This document shows, piece by piece, positions 37,810 through 50,921 of a stretch of DNA of 64,000 nucleotides. The position numbers and the translations under genes were made by a program. Within the stretch, counting starts at the first letter, position 1, and each line of letters begins with the position of its first letter. This DNA is from Eledone cirrhosa (Eukaryota): assembly GCA_964016885.1 (NCBI GenBank), contig OZ024747.1, forward strand, positions 70,866,001-70,930,000, read 5' to 3'. The notes beneath the pieces are model-generated. The model was given only the letters and a program-made list of their open reading frames with translations, searched no databases and was not told the DNA's origin.

Positions 37810-38353
37810 AATGGTGCTGCGATCGAATGCGGCTTTATAGTCCAGCCACTGATCTAAAATGTCTTGCACAGAGTTGGCAACCATGATAAAACCTTTCACT
37901 GGCAATAGCCGGCTGTGGTTGATCTTCGTGTATTTTTCATCTCGTTTGAGCCCTCCTGCTGATCTACACTTTTTTTAGCATGCTTGACAGGTATGACGAG
38001 TAGAATCTCCGACAGCAGCCTGGTAGTCGCACACTGGTCACACTTTATGACTGCGAAAATGACTTTTGAGTGCAACTTTATTGAGGCAGAGTAAAGGAGG
38101 ACCTTTGCTGTCTGGAAATGTTACAGGAATGCCATTTCTGACATCCCTTTTTACTTTCTCGTATACTTCAAAAGCAACTTTCCCCTTTCTTCATTTATTA
38201 CGATCAACAGCTACGCTTTCCCATATATCAGCAGAGATGTTAGCGTCTTTCACGGAGTCTTTCAACGAATCCTTATACCTCTTTTTTGGTTTATGTGGAG
38301 GTTGTTTTTGTATCTATCTATCTATCTATCTATCTATACATGTGAATATGCAG

Positions 38354-38385
<32 letters not shown>

Positions 38386-38401
38386 TGTATGTATGTATGT
38401 A

Positions 38402-38461
<60 letters not shown>

Positions 38462-40120
38462 GGTATAAACCTTATAGTTAGATACCCATTAGTTAGTAAT
38501 TTTTCTTTCACACAGAGAGCTTTCCAAAATCTTGACATCACTATTGTGATTGCCATGGACATGTCTGACACACATCTGATGGAAACGTTCCAAATGTTTA
38601 TGGTGGTGTCCATATGTGACCCAGGTCTCGCAGGCATAAAGATGAGTAGAGAACACACATGCCTTGTACACGTTTAACTTTATCTTCTTGCATAAGTCTC
38701 GCCGACCCCAGAGGTGCCTTTCTAGCTTTCCGAAAGCATCACTAGCTTTCCTAATCCTGTGTGGAATTTCATTATCAAGATTGCTGTATCGATTGACAGT
38801 GCTTCCCAGGTAGAAAAACCGATCAACCACCCCAAGGCATTTATTATATACATAGATATTTGGTTCATTGTAGTGCTTACCAGGGGCAGGTTGGTACATG
38901 ACAACGGTTTTCTTGAGACTGACAGTCAATCCTACGACAGTACAAGCATCAGAAAATGCATTCAAAATGCGTTGCATATCAATCCATCTGTGCGCTATAA
39001 GATCGCAAACCTCTGCATACACAAGGTCTCTTATGATAGAGGTAAATACGTTTGCTGCAAAGCGCCTGATGTTAACTATGCTACCAGAGCTTCAATAGTA
39101 GATGTAAACACCATGCTTGCTATTCCTGAATGCAATATAGAAAACTATCCCAAAGTATATGGCAAATAGGGTCAGTGCTGGAATATCCTCCTGTTTCACT
39201 CCATTTTTCACTGAGATATGCCGTGACATGTTACCTCTGACGTTAACCCAAGCCTTCATGTCATCATAGAAAGACCTCACCAAAGCAAGGAACTCATGTT
39301 AACAGTATCGAAAGCATTTGTCAGATCGACAAAACCCTGATACAGATCCAAACACTGTTCCACGCACTTCTCCTGAACTGTCTACCTGAGAAGATCATAT
39401 TAGTATGACCATATTAGTATGACCATATTAGTATGACCATCTCCAGCTAACCTCGTCTTAGATAAAGCAACGATGATAAGATCATAACGATGAAGCTCCT
39501 TCGCAACAAGAGCGGTCCTTCGTTCAGAACGTTCTGAGGAATCACTGTCAAGCAGTGTCCGAACAATCAATCTTCAATGTTTTGTTTGTCTTAAGTTTTA
39601 TTGGTTCTATCACAGTGGCACGATGACGACCGGGTCCAGGCTGTGATGCACTGGGGCCACTGTCGGACAAAACCCTTTTACCTGATGTGGTTCCAGAACC
39701 CTTATTGCCATTTACTTTTATACTGTTTGGAGACATCATTGATTGGTTGCTTTTTAAGGCTACAGCCAGCGATTCAGTTGAGATCTTATGAATAATAACA
39801 TTATTAATAATTATAAATTAATGCTATCGTGCAATGCCTGTACGTGAAGATTTTTTTTAAAGTGAGGAAAGACTGTGCACTGAGTCAATCCCACTCTCTG
39901 AGTGACAGTAGCTATAACCCGAAAAGAAGAAGAGATCAACATCGTCGGTAACTACTGAGCTGCAGGTTTTATGTCGGAGTTATCCCAGTTTCTTGAGAGT
40001 TGCTTTCTTCTAGAAGAATGCCCTGACAAAGGCTAGGGGTCCTTCATTCCTAGTGGTTTAACCGCACGATCGGGTATCCAGCCCGATTATTTTTATGTCC
40101 CCGTGCATGGTGAAGCCATA
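37810..40120 (-). mobile_element. Decayed RTE-clade LINE (RT remnants, internal deletion, microsatellite insertion)
   Basis: Fragments FVDLTNAFDTV, NGVKQE..ALTLF, GLTVSLKKT, FFYLGS, RIRKASDAFGKL, KLNVYKACV..LYACETW; outer limits approximate. Confidence 0.8.
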
Positions 40121-40685
40121 GTTTTTTTTTTCAGATCAATAATAACTAGGTAAAATAGATAGATGCGATGCAATTAAACATTAAAAAAACGTTATTTAAA
40201 GGTTTAAAATTTAAAAGTTTAAAGATTAAAAGTTTTAAACAGTAACAGCTTCAATTGTACCCTCGCTTTCAAAAGACAATGTTTTTTCGCTTGTTTTCGA
40301 CCGATCTGAAATCAGACTCACTCACCAAAGACTTCTTTTTTCTGAAAACGGTGGCGGGAAATGTGAGGAACACACGGAGTATATATATATAAGAATTACA
40401 GGGACAAGGTCTTGTGTGGCTACTAATAGTGTTTAAAAATGTAAGGGAAACACAAACATAAGACAATTCCCCTCGTCAGTTATCTGGTGGGGGTCTCGGA
40501 TGTTTCGACGCATTAAATACAATACATCTATCCACAGTGCGTTGATAACTTTAGGAAGTTATTAGGGAAGGAAAAGACAAAAAAGAGACGATATCGAAGA
40601 GAAAGAAAATAAACAGAAGAAAAATAGAAAACATACCGATAGAAAGGGGGAAACACGAGACAGTAGTACATGTATGTAGCAGTAA

Positions 40686-40760
<75 letters not shown>

Positions 40761-40763
<3 letters not shown>

Positions 40764-40980
40764 TTATTCCGGGTTCAATCGGGGTAACCACAGTAAGTAA
40801 GGAGGTACTCAATACATAGCAGAGTATAAATGTTTTAATATAGAAAAGCTATAGTAAAACTCTGCTATGTATTGAGTACCTTACTTACTGTGGTTACTCC
40901 TGATTGAACCCGGAATAATTTATCTTTTAGCACTCCTAGTGCCCCTCTTAACCATCAAAGAAGAAAGAAGCTTTTCTATA
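40761..40980. repeat. Family-F pLTR palindrome
   Basis: TTATTCCGGGTTCAATC... / ...GATTGAACCCGGAATAA; homologous to 11380-11460 and 31617-31652. Confidence 0.85.
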
Positions 40981-40984
40981 TTAA

Positions 40985-41058
<74 letters not shown>

Positions 41059-42083
41059 CTTGGATGTATGGATGCTTGCATGCATGTATGTATTCTTCAG
41101 ATTTCATATATTTAATACATGAGTACATAAAATAACTAGTTACAGAGAAACGGAGTGTCGGAAACAAACAAAATGTGGCAGAAGATTTGAATGTATACCT
41201 AAAATAGTAAGTATTGAAAAGGAAACATAAATATAGCTACAACGTGTCTATGTAAAAACATTATCTTGTTAGAAACGTTCTATATTCCTCTACCATTTAT
41301 AAAGACTTGGCAAGGAACACTCACCGAAAAACTGTGTCAGGGAGACAAACAAATGCAAATGATAAGCGATTCTTTGTTCATTCACGTTTTTCTCATTCAA
41401 TTTTTTCTCTAATATTACAAGTTATATTTCCTTCATTCACGTTACACCAAATCCGATTTCTTTCTCTTCTCATATAATATCCACACACTTAAATCCATAC
41501 TTCTTCGGAAAGGAAAAAAAAAACTCAAGTAAAAAGATAGAAAGACATTGGCAAGAGGAGTTAGATTGAAATGGGAAATTGAAAGATGAGGAGAAAGCGG
41601 AAGAGGGAGGACAAGTTAGTTATGGTATGAAGACAGATATTTGTGGAGATATAAAGAAGAGAGGAAATATTACTTGTACGTTTTCCTAAAGAGGACAATG
41701 ACATCATTAACTGCAATGACTTTTGGTTATTCCTGCTCATGTTAGCTTTGTTGACAGTTGTCAACGTTTTTACTCACCCCCTCTCTTTATATTTATTTTC
41801 TCTAATCTAATTGTAAATTAACAATAAACACAACCGGTGCCATTTTGTTTTTGTAATTGGATAACCAGAGCAATTTTTCATTTTCTTCATCACGTGATCT
41901 CTATTTACATTATTTTATTTTCATTTCTTTATTGTATTTTACATATCCTTTTCAACACTAGCGGCTATTGAAAGAAGAGACAAAGAAAAGGTAAGAGAGA
42001 GAGGGGGGGGGGGGAGGTGCAATTAAGAGTGAAAGAGAACTACAAAAATATTCGATGGTAAAGAGAGGAAAGATATTCCCTAG

Positions 42084-42096
42084 TGACCTTTGACCT
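42084..42096. promoter_or_regulatory. Perfect DR1 nuclear-receptor element
   Basis: TGACCT-T-TGACCT within repeat-poor, complex sequence. Confidence 0.35.
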
Positions 42097-44689
42097 TTGC
42101 TTAGATAACATTGTGTGCATGAGCAACAGCTGGTTTTCCATCATGAAACACCTTCCCAGGCAGTGTCATGGAGGAAAAGTTCACAGGTGAATCTCTATGG
42201 GCTCATGAGACATCATGTGGCCTCTGATTGGATCATTGAAGACAATATTAGAAAAAAAGAGATCGAAGTAAGATCGAAGTGGAATCACGAGTTTGTGAAT
42301 GGAATATCTTCAGCACATAGTAGTAACTCTCTTGTATTCTCTATATTAAGCTATAATAGCAGAGAGCACATCACTCTCAGCAATATTGTTAGCGAAATAT
42401 CAAGAATATTATCGGCTGTTCCTCTTTCTCTGACTAAACTAGGTAATAATAAACTGTACTATACTCTATTAAACTATTCTCTACAAAATCCTTCTATATG
42501 TTTTTGTTGAACCTCCATCGGTTCCGAGAACGAATGTTCCGATTGTTTGAACATAGGAACTGCCTGATCATGAAATGAATCTATATTACGAGTTACAAGC
42601 GTATAGCTGTGAATTGGTTGTTGTTTTTTCAATGTAACTAAATTCATTTATGTTATTAAATATTTCGACAATTAAACATACCGATTAGTACTCAGCCTTA
42701 TTGCTAATCTCAACACTACTTATTGATTTGCATTTGTATATTCAATCGAATACCTTTCAGGTCTATAAGCGGGCGATAGACAATGATTAGAGCTACTTAT
42801 TCACATATCTTATTACGTTTAGCATGGATATATCATAAACTTTGAGAGTTGAATATAGATATAACATTTTAGTGTGTTTTAAATTTTAATCTCCCGTAGG
42901 TGTTATGTTTTCAATTTGCGGCTTTTATGAGCTGCAATATTTTTCCATTTGTCTTTTAATTTCCTGTTGCAATCCGAATATTCAAACTTATTCTTCATCT
43001 AAATTAAGCTGTTTTATTCAAGAAACACGATAATGCAATGAGACTGAAGAAAACAATGAACTTCACGGGAAAGAAAATTGTTTTTACAGTGGTCTTCTGG
43101 CTAGTATACCCTTTTGATAAGCTACAAGGCAGTTAACAATCTAACTTTATTGACTTGAAGCACCTGCTTCTCGCCATTTCTTTACTATTTGATTTATTAT
43201 ATCAATGACTCTTTTAAAATATTTCAGGCTAGAAAGTTGTAGTTAAATTGTGTTACCACTAAAAATATTTCCGTTATCAAATCTACATTAATGCTCGGAT
43301 GCACTTAGTAATAAACATTTTCATGAGTATCTATCTAACTTTAGGCCACAGACGAATGTATATGTATATACCTATATACACACGTACGTACATGTTTATA
43401 CACACCTACACACAAAAGCACTGTATATGTGTATGTATATATACATAGATATACATGCATCTGTATGAGCGTATGCTATATCTGTCAAGTTAATGTAATT
43501 GAATTGTTACTAATTTACACATACATTGCTGATGTGGTTCTCGCTGTATAAATATTCAGATGTATCAATATACTTCTACTTATAAGCATATATACACAAT
43601 TGTGCGAAGGCAGCCCTTGGTATCTTCTCTTTATCCCCACTTCATTGCTCTTTTTCCTTATTTTTCCCCTCTTTTGTTCTTCTAATTATGCATATGTGTG
43701 TGTAAAATACCAATACGTGTTTAGAAGAGAATGTGAGAAACAATCCCGTTTGCTTGACATCACACGGTGAGAACTTAGTTACATTCACTCGGCCTACAAT
43801 TGCATATATATTTTTATATAATTAATTGTATCCATGAAACAAAAAAAAATCCTTGATTCAGTATAATATGTTTTGTTGTTATTTAGCCCCACGCAGCATA
43901 TAATAGACCTTACCTTTAATTAAAAGCGATCTAGTTATCATCAAGTCTTCATTTTGTATAACAAAGACCACATAAAGCACTATATATTTCCCACTGTTGT
44001 CATTTTCAGAGAATTCTGTTTCTGTTTCTAGCAGATTGAGCGGCAACGGTAAGGTCTATTTTGATCGGTTATATAGTGCTTTCTTTTACTGATCTGCAAC
44101 GGCGAGAGTATTTTCGTGGTCATCCGATCAGCTAGAATCAGCAGTGAACCTTTTCTTAAATCACTATTGACACATTCAATATAATATTCCTAAATAGTTC
44201 TAAAAATCATGACTGAAACGCCTTTTATAATAGATGAAGGTGGACCAAGGGCTAAAGAACGAGGGACAACTAGAATCATATACTGTTATAAAAGACGAAT
44301 GAACATCAAAATGTCATCTATATTGATGATCTCCAAATCATGTCAACCTGTCAGTAATCATCACACTTTTGTGTACATTCATGAAATAATTGAATCATTG
44401 TACATCAATCTATCACTGGTTAATTATCCATGGTCTTACTTTGTACGGCGGTAAGCAGTACGCATGACACAGGTAAGCAGTACGCATGACACATATTACA
44501 GCAAGATTGACTGGCCCATTTAAGGGGTAAGTGTCTTTGTCATACTTTGAGTGACGGGAAACGAAAATGTTAAAAATCGAAAGTATGTTGTTGTTATGGT
44601 TGTTGATGTTGTTAATATCGATGTTGCTATTGTTACCACTGTCATCGCCTCCATCTCTCTCGCCCTCCCCATCTCTCTGTATGGTGAGC

Positions 44690-44930
44690 AAATGGAGTCC
44701 CACGTGCTGGATCGGCGGACAGAATGGAGAAGGCGTTTACCCGGAGGATGATAAGGGAGATGCGCTGGAAGAGCCATTCAATCTCGCGAGGCTCACTACT
44801 GCGGCTGGACAGCTCAGCGCCTATGGTGGGAAGTAGGTAGGTAACCCTAGGGCCAAGGACACCAGAAGTCTCCACTGCCAAGAGCACAACCGCAAACCTG
44901 TCGGAGAGCGACCGGTACTTGGAACGAAAA
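44690..44930 (-). mobile_element. CRE-like (restriction-endonuclease-type) non-LTR retrotransposon 3' fragment
   Basis: LAVETSGVLGP...WLFQRISLIILRVNAFSIL resembles the C-terminal 'PxAxETxGxxG...QRISxAIQRGNA' motif of CRE elements. Confidence 0.65.
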
Positions 44931-45709
44931 TGTTATCTCTGCATCATTCCGACTTTACCAGTTTTCACTCGCTTGCCATAGAAAAAAAGTTTTGCTGAAA
45001 TAGTTTTCTCTTTTTTTCATCGACAAACCATCAAGATTACGAAAGCATTATTTCCATAAAATGTTAGGAGTCTCCCGCTGAGTCAACAATACTTTAATAT
45101 AATTTCTATTGAAAACAAAGAAATCAGCATGAATAATCATATTCGGTTGATGAGCATATTTCCAAAGAAAACTTGACACTACTATTCAAGCAGATTCTAC
45201 TGTTATTTATTACAATCTTTTGCTTAAATCTTATGTAAAAAAATTATACAAAACCAGTCCAAGAATTCTCGCTTTATCATAAATATCTTGATTCTGTTGG
45301 GGCCGTGTGACATTTCTTGTATGGTTCATTGCGTTGCAAATTGTTTCGTTCTTGAAGTTTTGCTCACTTTCCATATAGTATATATTATTTTTCTTTACAC
45401 TTTTCTTTCAACTACGTTCAGGATTTTAAAATAATTTTTCTCCCCCAAATTGTGTCATTATTGCTTCATTCTCGTTCCCAACATTCCTCTTTAATCCACC
45501 GCATCTATATTTCCCTTCAGTTCTTTTGTTACACATGCTCGCCACCTCTTCTCGCTATTTTTACTTTCATTTTGTTTACCGCATTATCTTACTTTTTCTA
45601 TCTCTTGCTTTATCTTGTTTACTATTGCTCTCTTTCTCACTCCGTTTCTCTTTATCTGAAATTATATTACGAATTTTCTACTAAGATTTTTGTTTTAATT
45701 TCTTTTCAG

Positions 45710-45755
45710 ATATTGAATGCTATTGATTTCCTCATATATTCCTACCGTGCCGAAG
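45710..45755 (+). other. Candidate 46-nt exon of an unidentified host gene
   Basis: Strong acceptor TTTTGTTTTAATTTCTTTTCAG and consensus donor AAG|GTGAGT; open as ILNAIDFLIYSYRAE(G) or as a start exon MLLISSYIPTVPK. Confidence 0.35.
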
Positions 45756-47145
45756 GTGAGTCACTAGATTTTTAGATGATATTAAAACTGAAAAATAAAC
45801 AAAGTTAAACAAAAATATGAAACAATAAGAAAATATTCCGAAATATCAAAATAAAAACAAAAAGGAAAAAAAAGCCCTATGACATTATATTTGCTAAAAT
45901 ATAAGTTACGCTTCTTTCAGATGCATTTTATATAGAATTGGTAGGAGATAAGTGAAATAATAGATGTAAATGGAAGCGGTTAGTTGTGGCAAGTAAGCAA
46001 ACCTGGGTGCTATTTCTTCTTTTGTGTCTTCAAGCGCAAAGCTAATAACAATTTCTAAAATTATTTTCCCGCCTTGCATAGCTTTATTTAACTGTTGTAT
46101 GCGCTGTGTAATATAAATGGCAAACATCAAAAGATTTAGCTTATTACATCTATTTCTTTATAGCTAGCCGACATTGCCAATGCATGTCAATAACATTTTT
46201 TTTCCTTTTGTTTTTGTTTTCGATACCATATGTAAACGCTACTTTTATCCATTTATCTTGGAAAAGTTTCCATTTTTCTTTCAGAACATCTGTTTTGTTA
46301 TAACCTTTGTTTTATTTCTCCGATGTCGTTATACCTTTATTGATTTATTTTATATATTTATTTTAAATATTTCATATAATGTATCCTACGTTTGTCGTTT
46401 TCTGCGACATTATCCCCTCACGACATTTTTTAATATCAAATAATTTTTATTATTCTTTCCCGTTTATTTGTTATTCATCCACTGTAAGAATGTTTCCAAA
46501 AAATACCAAATATTGAGTACTTATCGGATGGTCTTATAAGAATTTAATATTGGCCAATATAATCTCTTCCTTTTTGATAACCCGTGTACATAGGTTAGAG
46601 ACCAAACATTTCTATGCTTATTGCAAAACCTAAAATAAAAATAATGCCAAAAAAAAAAAGAATAAAGATTATTGTATAACTTTTTTTATTAGTATAAAAT
46701 AATGAGAGAAAAACCTTTATATTATATTGATTTCAGAATAATATTGATTTCACAATTGTTTGAAGATATTCGTTGGTGCATTCGTCAATTTCTCTTTAAT
46801 ATGAGATTTAGCAGTTCGGCTGTTCGGCAAGATATTCGCCTGGAAAGAAAAAGGGATCAGCCAATTGTCTGTACATCTGCTTGCTAGAAATATGTCATAC
46901 GATTGCATATAACAGTTTTCTTGTATCAAAGTTTTTTTTTTATTTTATGGGGGTCTTTCCACAAAACCCATCAACTAATTTAACGACAACCATGTATCAC
47001 CTCACGTCACAATAAGAACCTGAAATAATACACCAACGGTATAACAGCAAATAAATTCACTCGTCATTTTTTAAAATGTTACGTCTAATACCAACAAATA
47101 AAGAGAAAAGCACAAAATGTAAAGCTATACACATGTTTTCTAGAC

Positions 47146-47326
47146 CAGCGTTTTTAAAGCTTTTTAGTGCAATTCATAACAAGGGCTACATTCTGTATTG
47201 CGACCCAGGATGTTTATGGGTAACTAATCATTTGCTCATTTTTGTTGATTTTATTTAGAGTTACGACCCATTTTATTAAATGTTTGACCCACTAACGAAT
47301 TAGGAACCTCAATTTGAAAAACCCAG
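47146..47326. mobile_element. hAT-Charlie-like MITE
   Basis: Imperfect TIRs CAGCGTTTTTAAA / TTTGAAAAACCCAG, flanked by 8-bp TTCTAGAC / ATCTAGAC (NTCTAGAN target). Confidence 0.6.
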
Positions 47327-49596
47327 ATCTAGACCGTAACCTTCTCTTCTTCAGACACAAGAGTAATCCAAAGACTCAGAATCTCAAAGTCTCGTGTAAA
47401 TTACAAACATACACCTATATCTTAGGGACTAAAGTAATTATTGCAATTACCACTCATAAACATTGCTATATCGTCAGAATCAAGAAAGAGGAAAAGTTAT
47501 TTTCGAATATTTTAATGTCAAGTAAAATGCCCACTTTAGTAGTGTCAGACACACACATTCCTTTCCTACGTACACATTCATTACTGAATTTAACAACATA
47601 TACACGTACATTCCTATCGTCTTTTGTTTTGGTTGAAGGATATAGATTCAACAGAAATATACCTAGTGTCATACTATTGGGACGCAAATCAGTTAATATG
47701 AGCATTCTGAACATAAGATTTATAAAAATAAAAAAATGAAATTAATAAAATTTATTTTCTGCTATATCTTTATATTTTACGTTTTTTATGTGTAGGTTGC
47801 ATGGAAAACTGACATCCATTTTTTTTTTTGTTTTTTTTTTGTCCGGAGGATTTATACAGGCCATTAAGGGAATTAAGGAATTCATAACTAACAAAGCAAT
47901 ATAGATACCACTAAATGTTACGATTAGGCATAGCTACACGATAATGTTTATCGGCGGTATCAGTGGAGTATGCTGTGGACCATTTCGATCGAAGTCAGAA
48001 ACGATATTTCTTCAAGGCACGCGCTAGTGTGTATTTTAAGTTAGGTAATTTAATTTATTCATGCATCGACATAAGGCGGTCTTGGTTATCAGTGACATAT
48101 GCAGAACAAACTTGAACAGCTTGCCATTTTGAGGGTTGTTGAACATTAATCATCTAAACGATGATTCCGCGCATTATAATACGAAGTTGATCTTATATAT
48201 GAGCAAGTTGTCTGATATCAGAAACAGTTTTAGCGAATATAATTTTTGTTCAAGTGAAAGACATATTTGATTCGCTACTGGATTTCATTCCAAAATCATA
48301 TACTTAGCAAAATTATGATGGGGAAAATCAGTGAGGAATTCTTGTCTTCTAACACATGTATGGTGTCTGTATATATTTATGATTATTGCTATGAGGGCGC
48401 CTCTATATGTTGTTGCGACGGCGTCAAAGAGGTACGTTAGCAGGAAAAATAATTTAAGATTAATGTCAAACAATGTACCATATTACAAAATCTGAGATAT
48501 AAAAATCATGTCTCTCAACGTCTCTCGATTCTGCAATAGTAGCTCTAGTTTGCAAAATAGATAAGATGGAACAGCCTAGATGCACCGAGCACATAATATT
48601 AAGTTTCATTAGGTGTCCATGTACTTTGAGCATCGGGCAGCTGTCGGTATACATTGTAGCGATTTATCCCCTAAGTACTAAGGAAGACCCCATCAAAAAC
48701 TTTCAATTGATATAAGTTGATCAGAGCCCTAACCATGCTAAGTTCCTTAATTAACGTTTCTGTGAAGTATCGCATGACATTGAAGGATCTGTTCGGGATA
48801 ATGCATGGCTGCACCTCCTTAATCAGAGCATCGATGACAAGTGCAAACCCTTCTGCGAAAACCTTGACCAAAATCTTGAATTCTGCGTGTAGTGGAGCTA
48901 TGGGCCAACATTTATTAATGTGACCCCCTTGTCCGGGTCCTTTCTAGGCAGTGTCTTCATTCCCGTTGCAACCAGTTGGGAGCAGGAGGTTTTAATTGGG
49001 TCACGTAGCCACTAATGTGAACATATACTTTTCTACCTTCTACCGTCACAGCCAGATCGTTGCTGTTCGCAAGGACTTTTAGTTTAATTGTGGCATCCAT
49101 GATTTGTTGGATAATTTGAAGGAAATGTTCCATCAACAATCCAGAAAAAATTTCTCCTATCATCTCTTCACCACTAGAATCGTTGTGTTCCCTGTACCAA
49201 TCCCTAACCACAATAAGAGGTGACAATATTTAGATCCACCATATTTCAGCCTCTGTGATAAATCCTTTTCCTCATGTGAAATGTATTTTTTATTTGAGCG
49301 TTCATTTCACACTGATACAGCGGTATGTTACCGTGCATCGTCGTATGAGTTCCTTAAAATTAGCTGGTATTTAGGGCCGTATATTTGTAATTTTCCTGGA
49401 CCACACATTTAGCTTCGGACAGTTAATTTTTATGTAAAGAACACACACGTGAAGGGTCGCTGTTACATTTCGCTCTCAGTTTTTAAATGTAGATATAAAC
49501 ATATATATATATATATTTATGTATATATAACAACACAATCGGTACTCTATATGGAAGGAATATATTAGTTTAATGCTTGAAATAGCAGGAAGAGGG

Positions 49597-49632
49597 TCTT
49601 AACGTTTCGGATGCTAGTCCTTCATCAGAAGA
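49597..49632 (-). ncRNA. Minimal hammerhead (family H), second copy
   Basis: Reverse complement TCTT-CTGATGA-AGGACTAGCATCC-GAAACGTT-AAGA; flanks homologous to 23880-23960. Confidence 0.75.
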
Positions 49633-49872
49633 ATGATTGAATGGATGTGCAGGACGGAATCGGAAAAAATGATTTTAAATAAAAATAACAGGTCCATTCA
49701 TGTTGCCATCTCTTGGAAAACTGTTGATGTTGGCGTTTTGTGTAAGATGTACTTTTTTTAGAAAAGTGGCTGATGGAACGCGTCTACCTGAATTGAAAAA
49801 ACAAACCATTTTGTATAGAGAGCTATACATCAGCAGGTGCGTATGCGCGCGCGCGCGCGCGCGCGTGTGTGT

Positions 49873-49914
<42 letters not shown>

Positions 49915-49995
49915 ATATACAGAGCAGTGAAGGGAAAATTAGAGATGGGTGTGCGTATTTTCTTGGTCTGTAATAGCTGTAAGAGCATATGATTC

Positions 49996-50037
<42 letters not shown>

Positions 50038-50890
50038 AGTGTGTATGTATGTATGTATGTATGTATGTGTGTATGTGTGTGTCTGTGTTTGTGTGTGCGT
50101 CTGAATATATATATATATATGTGTGTGTGTGTATGTGTGTGTATACACACACACATATATATATATATACACTACTGTATGAAAAGTAAAGTGGTTTATT
50201 TTTCCTCTCATCCTCGATAGTATGGATCGATAAAGATATAAAGGATGATACCAAAGAAGGCGGTGATCCAGTTTGACCAGAATAAAATGATAGAGATCGA
50301 TAACCTAATATACGAATAAAATAACATAGTCAAGTATTCTTGTATATGTTCCGTTTCCCAGAAACGAAATGGTGAGTATAGCAACATGTTTTCTTGCCAC
50401 TGGAGTCCTTTGATAATCCTGTACACCGGAGTTAGAGGTGTGATATTTTCACAGACACATATATATGAATATATATATAAATATATATATATATGTATGT
50501 AGCTATATAGTCACGTATGTATGTATGTCCATTTGTACGTTTGTTTGTATATTTGTATGTATGTACCTATGTATGTATTTATGTATCATTTTTGCAGTTA
50601 TTTTTTAGAGCCAAAATGTCACCTTTGTGCAGAAAGCATGACCCTTATCTCGTGAAAATTGCTGTAGGCAAATGACATAGGTGTTTTCAACATAACAAAT
50701 ATTGTTCTATGTTTTCCGTGAAGCACGAATAATAAATGAGGAACGGAGTCATAGGACAACGACGGTACTAGCGATATAGGAATGCAAATAAACACACGCA
50801 CACGTATATATATGGGTGTGTATGTGTGTATATACATACATATATATATACATATATATACATATATATATAGAGATATAATTATATATG

Positions 50891-50921
<31 letters not shown>

